Positions 1-9,689 of a DNA stretch of 64,000 nucleotides are shown piece by piece. Made by a program: the position numbers and the translations under genes. Under the pieces are notes generated by a model that saw nothing but the letters and a program-made list of their open reading frames with translations, did not search any database and was not told the origin of the DNA. The first letter of the stretch is position 1, and the number at the start of each line of letters is the position of its first letter. This DNA comes from Histomonas meleagridis 2922-C6/04-290x (taxonomy: Eukaryota > Protista > Parabasalia): the NCBI GenBank assembly GCA_020184695.1, contig JAANOX010000232.1, positions 186,001 through 250,000 on the forward strand, in the 5' to 3' direction.

Positions 1-1
1 C

Positions 2-340
2 GCTGATAACTCTGGTGCCAAGACAATGTTTGTTATTTCAAAGCGTGGTCATAAGGGTAGACTTAACAGACTCCCAGCAGCTACAGTTTCTGATCTTATT
101 GTTGTTACCATCAAGAAAGGTAAACCAACACTCCGTAAGAAGGTTATGTGTGCAGTTATCGTCCGTCAAAAGAGATTATGGCGTCGTAAGGACGGTGTTG
201 TTATTGGTTTCGAAGATAATGCAGGTGTTGTTATCAACGATAAGGGTGAAATGAAAGGTTCTGCAATCACAGGTCCAGTTGCCAAAGAATGTGCCGAACT
301 TTGGCCAAAGATTGCCAGCGTTGCTCCAGCCGTTTTCTAA
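2..340 (+). CDS. RPL23: 60S ribosomal protein L23 (uL14), 5'-truncated by the window edge
   Basis: Frame from position 2 reads [25 protein letters not shown]...[14 protein letters not shown]...[37 protein letters not shown], the eukaryotic uL14 signature. Confidence 0.97.
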   Translation, partial: ADNSGAKTMFVISKRGHKGRLNRLPAATVSDLIVVTIKKGKPTLRKKVMCAVIVRQKRLWRRKDGVVIGFEDNAGVVINDKGEMKGSAITGPVAKECAELWPKIASVAPAVF

Positions 341-341
341 A
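338..341 (+). terminator. TAAA polyadenylation signal overlapping the stop codon (trichomonad type)
   Basis: Stop TAA followed by A. The same arrangement occurs at RPL15 (32820-32823) and RPS30 (39528-39531). UAAA overlapping the stop is the described T. vaginalis poly(A) signal. Confidence 0.6.
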
Positions 342-468
342 GAATAACGCTAAAGAATGGTTTTATTTCTTTTTTCTTATCTCCAAAAAATTTGGTTTTT
401 TTAGATCATAAAAATCAAACAAACATTGTCAATTTACCACTTTTGTACTAATAAATTAACGTCTTCTT

Positions 469-473
469 TCACT
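469..473 (+). promoter_or_regulatory. Initiator element TCACT upstream of the GMF/ADF-H gene
   Basis: TCACT ends 5 nt before the ATG at 479 and matches the trichomonad Inr consensus TCA(Y)(T/A). Confidence 0.65.
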
Positions 474-478
474 TTGAA

Positions 479-907
479 ATGTCTGTCTCTGTTGATATTA
501 CATCTGAATGCCGAAATGCTTTCGATAAGCTTCGTGTTAGCAGAGTTCCAAATCACTCATTCATCATAAGACCAGATCCTGAAACACTTAAATGCGAATT
601 AGAATATGAATTCCCAGAAGGAAAATCTCTTGATGACTTGGCTGACTTACTCCCAAAAAATGAACCACGCTTCATTGTAATGATGGTTGAACGTATCCAT
701 GCTGATGGAATTCGAAAATCTTATCCTTTACTTCTTATAGCATACTGTCCGACTGGACTTGCTCCACAAGTTAACATTGTTTTTACAAATGCTCGCTCAT
801 CGATTTCACGAGATTTTCAACTTGACTTAATATGGGATGTCAAGAAATCAATTCTTCTTGGTGATGAAGAACTCAAAGAAAGGTTTGAAACAAACAAGTG
901 GAACTAG
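479..907 (+). CDS. ADF-H/cofilin superfamily protein, glia maturation factor-like
   Basis: 142 aa ADF-H-sized protein. LDDLADLLPKNEPRFIV and RKSYPLLLIAYCP resemble the GMF motifs L..ELP..QPRFIV and R.SYPL.FI...P. Confidence 0.8.
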   Translation: MSVSVDITSECRNAFDKLRVSRVPNHSFIIRPDPETLKCELEYEFPEGKSLDDLADLLPKNEPRFIVMMVERIHADGIRKSYPLLLIAYCPTGLAPQVNIVFTNARSSISRDFQLDLIWDVKKSILLGDEELKERFETNKWN

Positions 908-1227
908 TGAATTATGAATTAAATTAATAACTTAATATCTTGTTTTTTTAATCATTCATATTTCAGTTCTTGGATATAAGTTTCCAATCTGAAATTATAA
1001 AACTATAAAATGTGTACAACCATGGAAGTAATATTCCATGGTGAGCATTTAGAAAGTCATTTTTTTAATTGAAAATTGATTATTGAATAAAATTCATTCT
1101 AATAAAAATATTTTAAATGGCATACAGAAGATTGTCACTGAATAAAAAATGTTTGACCAACATTTAGCAAAATGAAGAAAAAACTGATTTTTATTCAAGC
1201 ATCAGTAATAATATTACTTCCTGCCTT

Positions 1228-1659
1228 TTAAACATTTTTCTTTTTGCTTAGGTTAATTTTTGAAAAGACTTTATCAGATTGAAACATTTTTATCCATTTA
1301 CTGGTGACTGCCGAATTTGAATCAATTTCTCCAATATTATTAGGGAAAATATATGATTTAATTGGATCAATTTTTTTGATGCTATGAGTTATTGAAGCAG
1401 GTAGAGGTTTGGCGAATTTATTATGATTTCTACTGAGATCATTGTCATTTTTTGCGAAGGATGCTTCTGAATGAGTACCTTTTAATATTGATGTGTAACT
1501 CTTTAGTATAATGGATTTTTTGGATGTATCAACTGATACAACAGGTTTTTGTGAACGTTTGGGGTTTAAGAATGAATTAGAATTAGAAGAATCGAATTTA
1601 CCTTGTTTAGATTTGATATTTGGGTTTCTTAATAGGCACCATACGAAGCAAAAAATCAT
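1228..1659 (-). CDS. Small hypothetical protein with signal-peptide-like N-terminus; paralog of 4693-5031
   Basis: MIFCFVWCLLRNP... shares the N-terminus, KPVV.(V/I)D..K.S and W...KVFSKI..KK with the ORF at 4693-5031. The downstream flank is also shared. Confidence 0.5.
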   Translation of the reverse strand: MIFCFVWCLLRNPNIKSKQGKFDSSNSNSFLNPKRSQKPVVSVDTSKKSIILKSYTSILKGTHSEASFAKNDNDLSRNHNKFAKPLPASITHSIKKIDPIKSYIFPNNIGEIDSNSAVTSKWIKMFQSDKVFSKINLSKKKNV

Positions 1660-1908
1660 TGTTTAAAAGTGTTAACATTTTGTCAAACAGTTCAAATTTT
1701 GAAAGAAATTCAACTTTTTCAAAAGTATGGTTTGATCGTTTTTGAACGTGTTTTACAACCACGTGGTTTGGAAGTTTGGGTAAAGCTCAAAATATTTGGC
1801 ATTTTTTCTTTGGTTTACTCATATCGGAACCACCTCTCAGAAATTTTTTTCAACTCATTCAATTGGAATTGAATATCAGTTGTCATTTAGGGTGCATCCT
1901 TAAAGCGT

Positions 1909-3334
1909 ATGCCTAATGATGAAATTATCATAAACACAGGAGATAAAAACTTGATTAATTTATCATCCTGCTTGAAATTCCTAGTTGAGCTTGAGAAATA
2001 CGTATTCAGTAGTTTAACCGAACAAATTTTCAGGCAAAAATTAAAAAAGCATTGGAATTATTCGATTCAAATTATCCCTGTACATATAATACTATTATAA
2101 GTAACATCGTTTATAATGCATTTTCATCACGAAAATAAGAATTTGATATTTACGAAAATTTTTTAAAAACACTTCAATCTAAAGAAGAAGAAATTAATCA
2201 AAATATCGTTAAATTAATATCAAATTTTATCAAACGTATAATTACAAAGAACACACAAGAATCATATTATTTAATCGAGAAGCAAATTGAACAAAATTTA
2301 ATTCAAAATATTTTTCTCATTATAAAGCAAAAGAAGAAAACCAAAACCAAAATCATCCAGCATTTGGGTCTAATAGAAATGATCCAATAGAAAAATACTT
2401 TATGGATCATTATGAAGAACTTTCGAAAATGATTAGAAGTTCCATAAGAAGTATATTAGATAAGGTGTTAATCCAAATGAAATTACAAAAATAATTCGAA
2501 ATGATGAAATAGAAAAACTTCAAGAAATATCATCACAAACAAACTTTGATTGTTACCAAACAATTGAGCCATCACTTTATGAAAGATATTCATTTAATAT
2601 TAATCAAATAAATATTTCATTATTTGATTATGCAGCATTTTTTTCTTATATTAAATGTATTAAATATTTACTTATGAATAATGCAAATGTAAATAACACA
2701 GGTAAATATGCAGTTGCAGGTGGAAATGAAGAAATCATTCATTTGTGTGAGCAGAATCATTCATCATTTGAAGGTGCATATGAAACAGCAATTGAATTCC
2801 ATAGAAATGATAACTTTAAATATATTTATGAGAATAAATTAGAAAAAACACAATCAATACCAAAAATCTCTAAAGATAAAACGAAAGATTTGGTAATTTT
2901 TTGTATTAAAAAAGATAATTATGAAAGATTATCATTTTTGGCAGAAAAAGGAATTGTTAATACTGATAATATAAATAAATCAGCAAGAAATGGAAATTTA
3001 TATCTCGTGAAATGTTTCCTCCAAAACAATCAAATTCCAAAAAATATATTGTCATTTGCTTCAGAACCAGGAAATGTTGAACTTGTGAAATATGTTTTAG
3101 AACAAATAGGAATTGATGTTAATGCAAAATATATTCAATTGAATAATTTGGAATATGTTTTAATAATTTGAAACAGCACTTCAAATTTCACAAAAGAAAG
3201 GTTACACAGAAATAGTAAATTTACTCCTTGAAAAAAGTACAGACGAACAATCCAATTCAGATTCCTCTTTTACAAATATCAAATCTTCATTTTCAATAAG
3301 AAATGGAAATGAAGCGTATATTGCTAATAATTAA
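1909..3334 (+). pseudogene. DUF3447-type ankyrin repeat gene, frameshifted
   Basis: Fragments in several frames: IIRNDEIEKLQEISSQTNFD, DYAAFFSYIKCIKYLLMN, GKYAVAGGNEEIIHLCEQ, ASEPGNVELVKYVLEQIGIDVNAK. A 40-nt spacer (3133-3172) is followed by TALQISQKKGYTEIVNLLLEK, ending at TAA 3332-3334. Confidence 0.8.
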
Positions 3335-4692
3335 AATAAACTCAAAGATCAAATGTTCCCAGAAAACAATCGAAATAATTGTATCAAAACAAAAGTTGAT
3401 ATAAACATACAAACATATGAAAATCATCAAAATAGCAATATATATTATAACAAATAAAATCACAAAGCAAAATGTAAATCCATTCAAACAATAATATTAT
3501 AATTTGTATTATAAGATAAACTTCAACAAAATATTGTTCTTAAGGTATTTCTTCCTTATTTAATAATAATTATTGGTTGCATCGTTAGTGTTGGATATCG
3601 ATAAATATCTAATATTTCAGGGATTTCTAATTGATGATATCATCATGAGTTAATAATTTCATTGGTGTATTTTCTTCGAGATAATATTTTCAGATGGTTT
3701 TATTGTTTGGAGTTACAAAGTGCGATACAACATGAACTACTTCATCAAATTATGGATATGAATTAGATTTGATATTAAGTTCTTTAAATGAAGGATCTTC
3801 GTTATTACAATAAATAATTTTAGGAAATAAAGTATCTTGTTCAGGTACTATTTTAACAGTTGATCTCAGCTTCCAAAAACACCTGAAAATGCAATTATAA
3901 AAAAATGGATTTTGTAGAGATCCTATCTTAGAACCACTCCTTCATACACAACGTGAAATTCAAGATATCACACCTGATATAATAAAAATGCATTTTCAAC
4001 AATATCTATTTTCATTTTCAAACATTCAGGTGACCAACTTATTATAGTTATCTCAATCTACAACATTGCCGAAACCATGTATAATTAATAGAGCTCGTTA
4101 AAAGAGCTTGATCTATCTTCTATAATTACTAAAGATAATTCTGATGCACAACAAGAATTCAAATTAAAGTTAAACCTGAATTAATTTTTGTTGCTATATA
4201 CAATCATCACAGTGATGTCTTTGATTCTTTCTAATGATGATTGTAACCTAAAGGTTTACAAGAAGAAATGAAATATTGTTTCCAAAGGAATTTTTATTAT
4301 TTTATAAAAAAAAATGTCTACACATATTGAAATATCAGATGTTGATATGTTTTATTCCATAGCCAAACAGAATAATGTTGCAATTATGCAAACAAAAATG
4401 GGGATGAACTCGATTATGGAAACATATCAATTTTTTTTTTGTAAGGCTCCGTTTATATGTCTAACTGGAAACATGGAACATTGTTACTTTTTGGATGGTT
4501 CTTAATCAAATACTCACTCAAAAATATAATATAAACTATCATTTTTAGTAACACAGCACAATTTCATATGAATTTTTATCATGTATAGCTATACATTTTG
4601 ATTTGGTGTGAAATATTATATCAACTAAAAAATCGAAACTGATTTTATTCAAGCATCAGTGACAACGATTACTTCTCGTCATAGAGGGTCAC

Positions 4693-5031
4693 TTAAATTT
4701 TTTCCTTTTTATGGTCTTTTATTTTTGAAAAGACTTTAGGTAAATTTTTCGGCTTTACATTAATCCAAATGATATCTAATTCGGGTTCTGAATCGGTTTC
4801 ACCGTTGATTCTGAAGGGCAATGATTGGATGACTTCAGAAGATTTATCAATGTCAATTGTCACAACTGGTCGAGATGGTTTTTGGACTCCATCATCCGTC
4901 AATTTAAAAGTATTAGGATCGACTCTTTTATCTTTTTTCGATCTGTAATATGGCCTTTGTAATAAGCACAAAGCAAAGAAGAAAATCATTTTTGCTAATA
5001 TTGTTTGTGAATCCAACAGACAAAACATCAA
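4693..5031 (-). CDS. Small hypothetical protein with signal-peptide-like segment (MIFFFALCLL); paralog of 1228-1659
   Basis: Shared motifs and shared 3' flank (aactgattttattcaagcatcagt on the + strand at about 1185 and 4638). Confidence 0.5.
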   Translation of the reverse strand: MMFCLLDSQTILAKMIFFFALCLLQRPYYRSKKDKRVDPNTFKLTDDGVQKPSRPVVTIDIDKSSEVIQSLPFRINGETDSEPELDIIWINVKPKNLPKVFSKIKDHKKEKI

Positions 5032-5676
5032 AAACGATCAGAAACAAGTGAAAACGTGTCAAATTGACAGGAATTTTCAGAGAAGAAAACACAATTATCG
5101 ATGGAAAAAAAATTTATCGGAACGTAAATCAAATAAACGTGCTCCAGAGAAACAAAATAAGTGATGTGACCATATGCTTTTGGTTGTGAGTTTCCAATCA
5201 GTATCAAAGTATGTGATATGGTTTGCTTCATAGCTTTAGCTTTTTTAGATCATTATTCTTATTCACATATATTGAAGATCGTGATGAAATATTGTCAATT
5301 AAGACAGAAAATTATACTTTTAAAAGTATTAGGGTGCTGTGTTGATTATTTATATATAAAAATCAGTTGTGCGTGTAATTTTTATAATGAAATTACTTTA
5401 AAATTCTATAGAATCGTAATGTCCAATAGCCAAAGTTAAGTGGGAAAAAATGAATCTGATTTTATTCAGTCTTTTTATCTTCAATATATCGTTATTTCTT
5501 CATCATTAATTATAAAATTCACTGCAAATACTTAAGTATTATAATTTCAAAATTAGACAAGCACAATATACGACCGTTTATTATCAAGTAGTGAATCGTT
5601 AAAATTTTGGTGAATTCACCCACATCAAACAAATTGAATAAGTCTGTTCGCATCAAAGCAACCAAAATCATTTTGC

Positions 5677-7611
5677 ATGAAGAAAATTCTTTTGTGCGTT
5701 GCGGAAAAACCAAGCGTCGCACAAACAGCATCCAGTATATTATCTAAAAATACTGCGCGAGTTCAAGTTATTCCAAGTAATCCATATAATATTAAAAATT
5801 TTATATTTCCTGGAATTTTTCAGAATCAAGACGTGGAAATAATATTTGCTTCAGTTGCAGGTCATTTACTTGAAATGGAATTCACTGGTCAATATGGTAA
5901 ATGGAATAGTGTTGATCCCTCAAGCTTATTTACGGCACCTATTACAGTCAAAATTCCTGAAAAATTTGTTGACATCCAACGCAATCTCGAAAATTTATCA
6001 AGAAGAGCATCAATATTAATGCTATGGCTTGATAATGATCGTGAAGGAGAGAATATATCAGAAGAAGTTGAAAGTGTATGCAAAAAAGCAAATCCTCGTT
6101 TAGAAGTATACAGAGCACGATTTTCAGCACTTTCACCTCGTGACTTATGGCATGCATTAAATAATCCAACAGAGATCAATCGAGCGGATTCACAAGCAGT
6201 ACGTCTTCGCGCTGAAGTTGATTTACGAACAGGAGCAGCCTTTACCAGATTTCAAACATTAAGATATCAAAAGCAATTATCAAATCCCAAAACCCTCATT
6301 TCATATGGGTCATGCCAATTTCCAACCTTAGGCTTCATCGTTGATGCATATATGAAGCGTAAGAACTTTGTACCAGAGAAATATTGGGTTATCAATTGTG
6401 TCATTGAGAAAGACCAAATGCAATGTGACCTCAAATGGTGTCGTAAGCATTTATTTTGTCAACTTTCATGTTTTGCGATATTTTCCTCTATTTTAGATAA
6501 TCCGATTGCCGAAGTTTTAAACATTCGCGAAGAGCGCCGACTTAAATTTAAACCATTTCCATTAGCTACAGTTGAATTACAGAAACGTGTTTCGAAATAT
6601 TTACGAATAGATCCACATAAAACTATGGAATATGCCGAAAAGTTATATGCCGAAGGATATATATCATATCCACGTACAGAAACAGATTCATTTCCACCGA
6701 ATTTTAATTTCAAAGACATCATTCATAACTTAATTAATTATAATGAAGTTTCACAATATGCTCAAAACTTAGAGAATAATATTATCCCACCACGGAATGG
6801 TAAACATTCCGATAATGCACATCCACCGATATATCCATTAAAAGCACATGATGGGAATTTTCGTGGTGATGCTGATGGAGTTAATATGTCGAAAATCTAT
6901 AAATTTATTGTCCATCATTTCCTTGCATGTTGTTCACAAGATGCGATTGGGATGGAAACGAATGTATTATTTGATGTCGGAGGTGAACCATATCATTTAA
7001 AAGGGCTCCGAATTGTCGAAAAGAATTGGCTCGAAATATATCCGTATGTTAAATGGGAAGGGAAAATTATACCGGAATTTATTATCAATGAAAAATATCA
7101 CCCAAAAAGTATCACAATGGACGAAAAAGTGACGCAGCCACCTCAGCTACTTAGAGAACCTGATCTGATCGCTAAAATGGATAAAGAAGGAATAGGAACT
7201 GATGCGACAATTGCGGAACACATCAAAACAATACAAGACAGAGGATACACACAGAAAATAGGCGGCTACTTCCATCCATTGCCACTCGGACTCGCACTGA
7301 TTCTGGGATACGACTCAATGGGATTCGACTTCGCGAAGCCAAAGCTAAGGGCCGACATGGAGAAGACAATGCAGGAGATATCCGCAGGATCAAAGAATTA
7401 CAACGACGAAAAGCAAAGAATCATCGGAGAATACGAAGACGCGTATTTCAAAGTGACGCAGTTGGCGCGTTATTTGGACTCGTCATTCAAAGAGCAGCTT
7501 TCGAATCAGCAGCAGCCGGCTGCAAACCAACTTGCAAATAATAATAATAACAATAACAATGGGTCACCTCAAAGCGGAAGAGGACGCGGAAGAAGAAGAA
7601 ACAACAACTGA
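5677..7611 (+). CDS. TOP3: DNA topoisomerase III (type IA)
   Basis: TOPRIM motifs LCVAEKPSVA, ASVAGHL and WLDNDREGENI; DLRTGAAFTRFQT; SYGSCQFPTLGF; active-site GYISYPRTET; GIGTDATIAEHI. Short Asn-rich and RG-rich tail. Confidence 0.96.
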   Translation: MKKILLCVAEKPSVAQTASSILSKNTARVQVIPSNPYNIKNFIFPGIFQNQDVEIIFASVAGHLLEMEFTGQYGKWNSVDPSSLFTAPITVKIPEKFVDIQRNLENLSRRASILMLWLDNDREGENISEEVESVCKKANPRLEVYRARFSALSPRDLWHALNNPTEINRADSQAVRLRAEVDLRTGAAFTRFQTLRYQKQLSNPKTLISYGSCQFPTLGFIVDAYMKRKNFVPEKYWVINCVIEKDQMQCDLKWCRKHLFCQLSCFAIFSSILDNPIAEVLNIREERRLKFKPFPLATVELQKRVSKYLRIDPHKTMEYAEKLYAEGYISYPRTETDSFPPNFNFKDIIHNLINYNEVSQYAQNLENNIIPPRNGKHSDNAHPPIYPLKAHDGNFRGDADGVNMSKIYKFIVHHFLACCSQDAIGMETNVLFDVGGEPYHLKGLRIVEKNWLEIYPYVKWEGKIIPEFIINEKYHPKSITMDEKVTQPPQLLREPDLIAKMDKEGIGTDATIAEHIKTIQDRGYTQKIGGYFHPLPLGLALILGYDSMGFDFAKPKLRADMEKTMQEISAGSKNYNDEKQRIIGEYEDAYFKVTQLARYLDSSFKEQLSNQQQPAANQLANNNNNNNNGSPQSGRGRGRRRNNN

Positions 7612-7959
7612 TGAATTGTGTGTGTATTCGAAATTTAAATGAAAATTTGATGCGCACTCAAAAAGTTTCACATTATGTTTGATGTGCATCTGTAGAAAAT
7701 GTAAGTAAAATGTGTTTGTATGTATTCGCATTTTCTCTTTGGTGAATGCGATTCGACTCTTGCGCCGAGCCACAGAACGCCACGCGTCAGCTTCGGTTTT
7801 CTCTGTCGCTTTATTCGGCATTGTGCAATTTCAGTTTCTGCAAAACTTTCCCATTTTCAATGTGCAGACAAAAATTGAAGTCTAATTACAACGAGGGCTG
7901 TCGTATCAATACTCGATCCACAAGATGCTTATGAATATGAACAAACAATATACTATGAA

Positions 7960-8400
7960 ATGCTTAAAGCAGAGACTTTTCCAAATACAAATTTAGTTCA
8001 AACTGAAATCACAGAGAATGATTATAATATTCTTGTTGATTGGTTATGTCGTATGCATTACAAATCACACTTAAGTACAGCTTCTTTTAGTCGCTGTATC
8101 GGATTACTTGCTCGTGTTTTTGCATTGGTTAACATTGAACTTAGCAAATTAGTTGGATGCACTTGTATGTTAATTGCATCTAAAGTTGAAGGAACAAAGC
8201 GATTAACTTATGATAAAGTTTTGGCTTTTTTCCCATCTGAACTTAAAAAAGAAGATCTAAGAATAATGGAAACCTATACTGTTCATGGAAATGTCAGTAA
8301 TACGATACGTATCGTTGGGGCGGTACATTTCATACGACCGTTTATTGATAACTGTTTTGCATTTGCAACGATAGGATTTTCAATGCTTTTTTCTGTGTGA
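7960..8400 (+). CDS. Cyclin N-terminal domain protein, apparently truncated or disrupted
   Basis: Cyclin box ILVDWLCRMHYK...LVGCTCMLIASKVE. Cyclin-like DPQDAYEYEQTIYYE lies in frame upstream of the ATG, and TGA 8398 follows only the first cyclin fold. Confidence 0.65.
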   Translation: MLKAETFPNTNLVQTEITENDYNILVDWLCRMHYKSHLSTASFSRCIGLLARVFALVNIELSKLVGCTCMLIASKVEGTKRLTYDKVLAFFPSELKKEDLRIMETYTVHGNVSNTIRIVGAVHFIRPFIDNCFAFATIGFSMLFSV

Positions 8401-8578
8401 ATTTCACCAATAAACAAAACAGTGTTTGCAACACATTTAATGAATCGTTATGCTTACATTTGGTTCGGAGTAGATGTGCTGCATTTACTGAATTTTGCAT
8501 ATAGAATGTAAATTGTTTCGAATCATTAATCTCAAAAATGGTTCGAGCAAAAAGATTTGAATGATTAAAAGTTGTATT

Positions 8579-9247
8579 TTATTGCAATTTCTTCATTTTT
8601 GAGTTGATCTTTTCCAATAATTCGTTTTCGGCATTTTCAAGTTCCCATTTACCGTTTTCGGAAGCAAGAATATCTGCAAAGTTTGCAAGATTATCCCTTG
8701 GTCCATAGACGTCCTTTGGTTTCTGTGCCATTGGGAATATACCAGCAATTAAATTGCTGCAAATATTCATTAAGAAATATAATCCGAAGGCACTTACAAG
8801 GTGGCTATCTGACGAAGCTCCTTGTGGAAGTCCATATTGAAGAATACCCTTTAGAGGTGTTGGAATTTCAAATGGTAATGTAAGTGCTGCAAGCCCATTT
8901 AAAGCAAAGTTCACCCAAAGAGTAGGACCCATGTTTGCTATCATTGGTAAAAACATTAAAAATGGGTTATTTGGAATAATTTGTTCTGAAGGTAAAGGAT
9001 ATTCTCCTTTTTTCAATGCCCATGACTTGCGAATGTTAAGAGCATCTGTAGGATATCTAGAAATATATTTTGTCCAATGTTTTATTCGATAAAAAATTGC
9101 GTTATTTTTTCTGATTAACATAGAATTTGGTAAATTATTTGAATGCATAAGAACTCTGAGCATGAGGCTTGAACAAATGGAAATTATGATTACTTGGAGT
9201 GCAACAAAAAACTGAGAGTTGAGAAAATCGTCAAGTGTAGGGTACAT
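8579..9247 (-). CDS. EMC3: ER membrane protein complex subunit 3 (Oxa1/DUF106 family)
   Basis: N-terminal TM; LPFEIPTPLKGILQYGL...LVSAFGLYFL resembles EMC3 VPFPLT..FK.MLQ.G...WVSS.SWYFL; C-terminal WELENAENELL. Confidence 0.75.
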   Translation of the reverse strand: MYPTLDDFLNSQFFVALQVIIISICSSLMLRVLMHSNNLPNSMLIRKNNAIFYRIKHWTKYISRYPTDALNIRKSWALKKGEYPLPSEQIIPNNPFLMFLPMIANMGPTLWVNFALNGLAALTLPFEIPTPLKGILQYGLPQGASSDSHLVSAFGLYFLMNICSNLIAGIFPMAQKPKDVYGPRDNLANFADILASENGKWELENAENELLEKINSKMKKLQ

Positions 9248-9689
9248 CTATAGGTCGAACAGAGATATTCAAATACACATTACGCAATTTTTCACATCAT
9301 ATGTCATATAACCAAATATAGAAACACAACTGGGTCATTATTAGACCAGCAAATGCATTTGTGATTGCAAAATTTTTTGGATTTGCAAATATTTGTTTAG
9401 TGAAACAAATTCGTATGTGTTAATACTATTTAATCCATTATATATAAACGATAATGGCTTCTCGACATCTTCGATCTGTGAATCAAATGTCTTACGAATT
9501 CGTAAGAAGTCAATGTGCGTGTCCAACATTTGGATTCTGCTGATTGCATTCACAAATTGCAAATGAACATATAATGGTTTGGCTTGTAAGCCATTTATCT
9601 CATCAAATTCTTTCAACGTATTTACATAATTAATTTTTATTTATTCACAATTCAAATTACAAATTATTCTCTTTACTAATAAATTTAAA

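Noticed and set aside
3500-4510. Coding-like fragments (e.g. REIQDITPDIIKMHFQQY; ORF 4314-4505)
   Set aside because: Probably a decayed gene, but I could not assign a family with any confidence.
9341-9616. 91-aa - strand ORF between EMC3 and the F5/8 gene
   Set aside because: TTG start, no recognisable motif and no supporting promoter signal.
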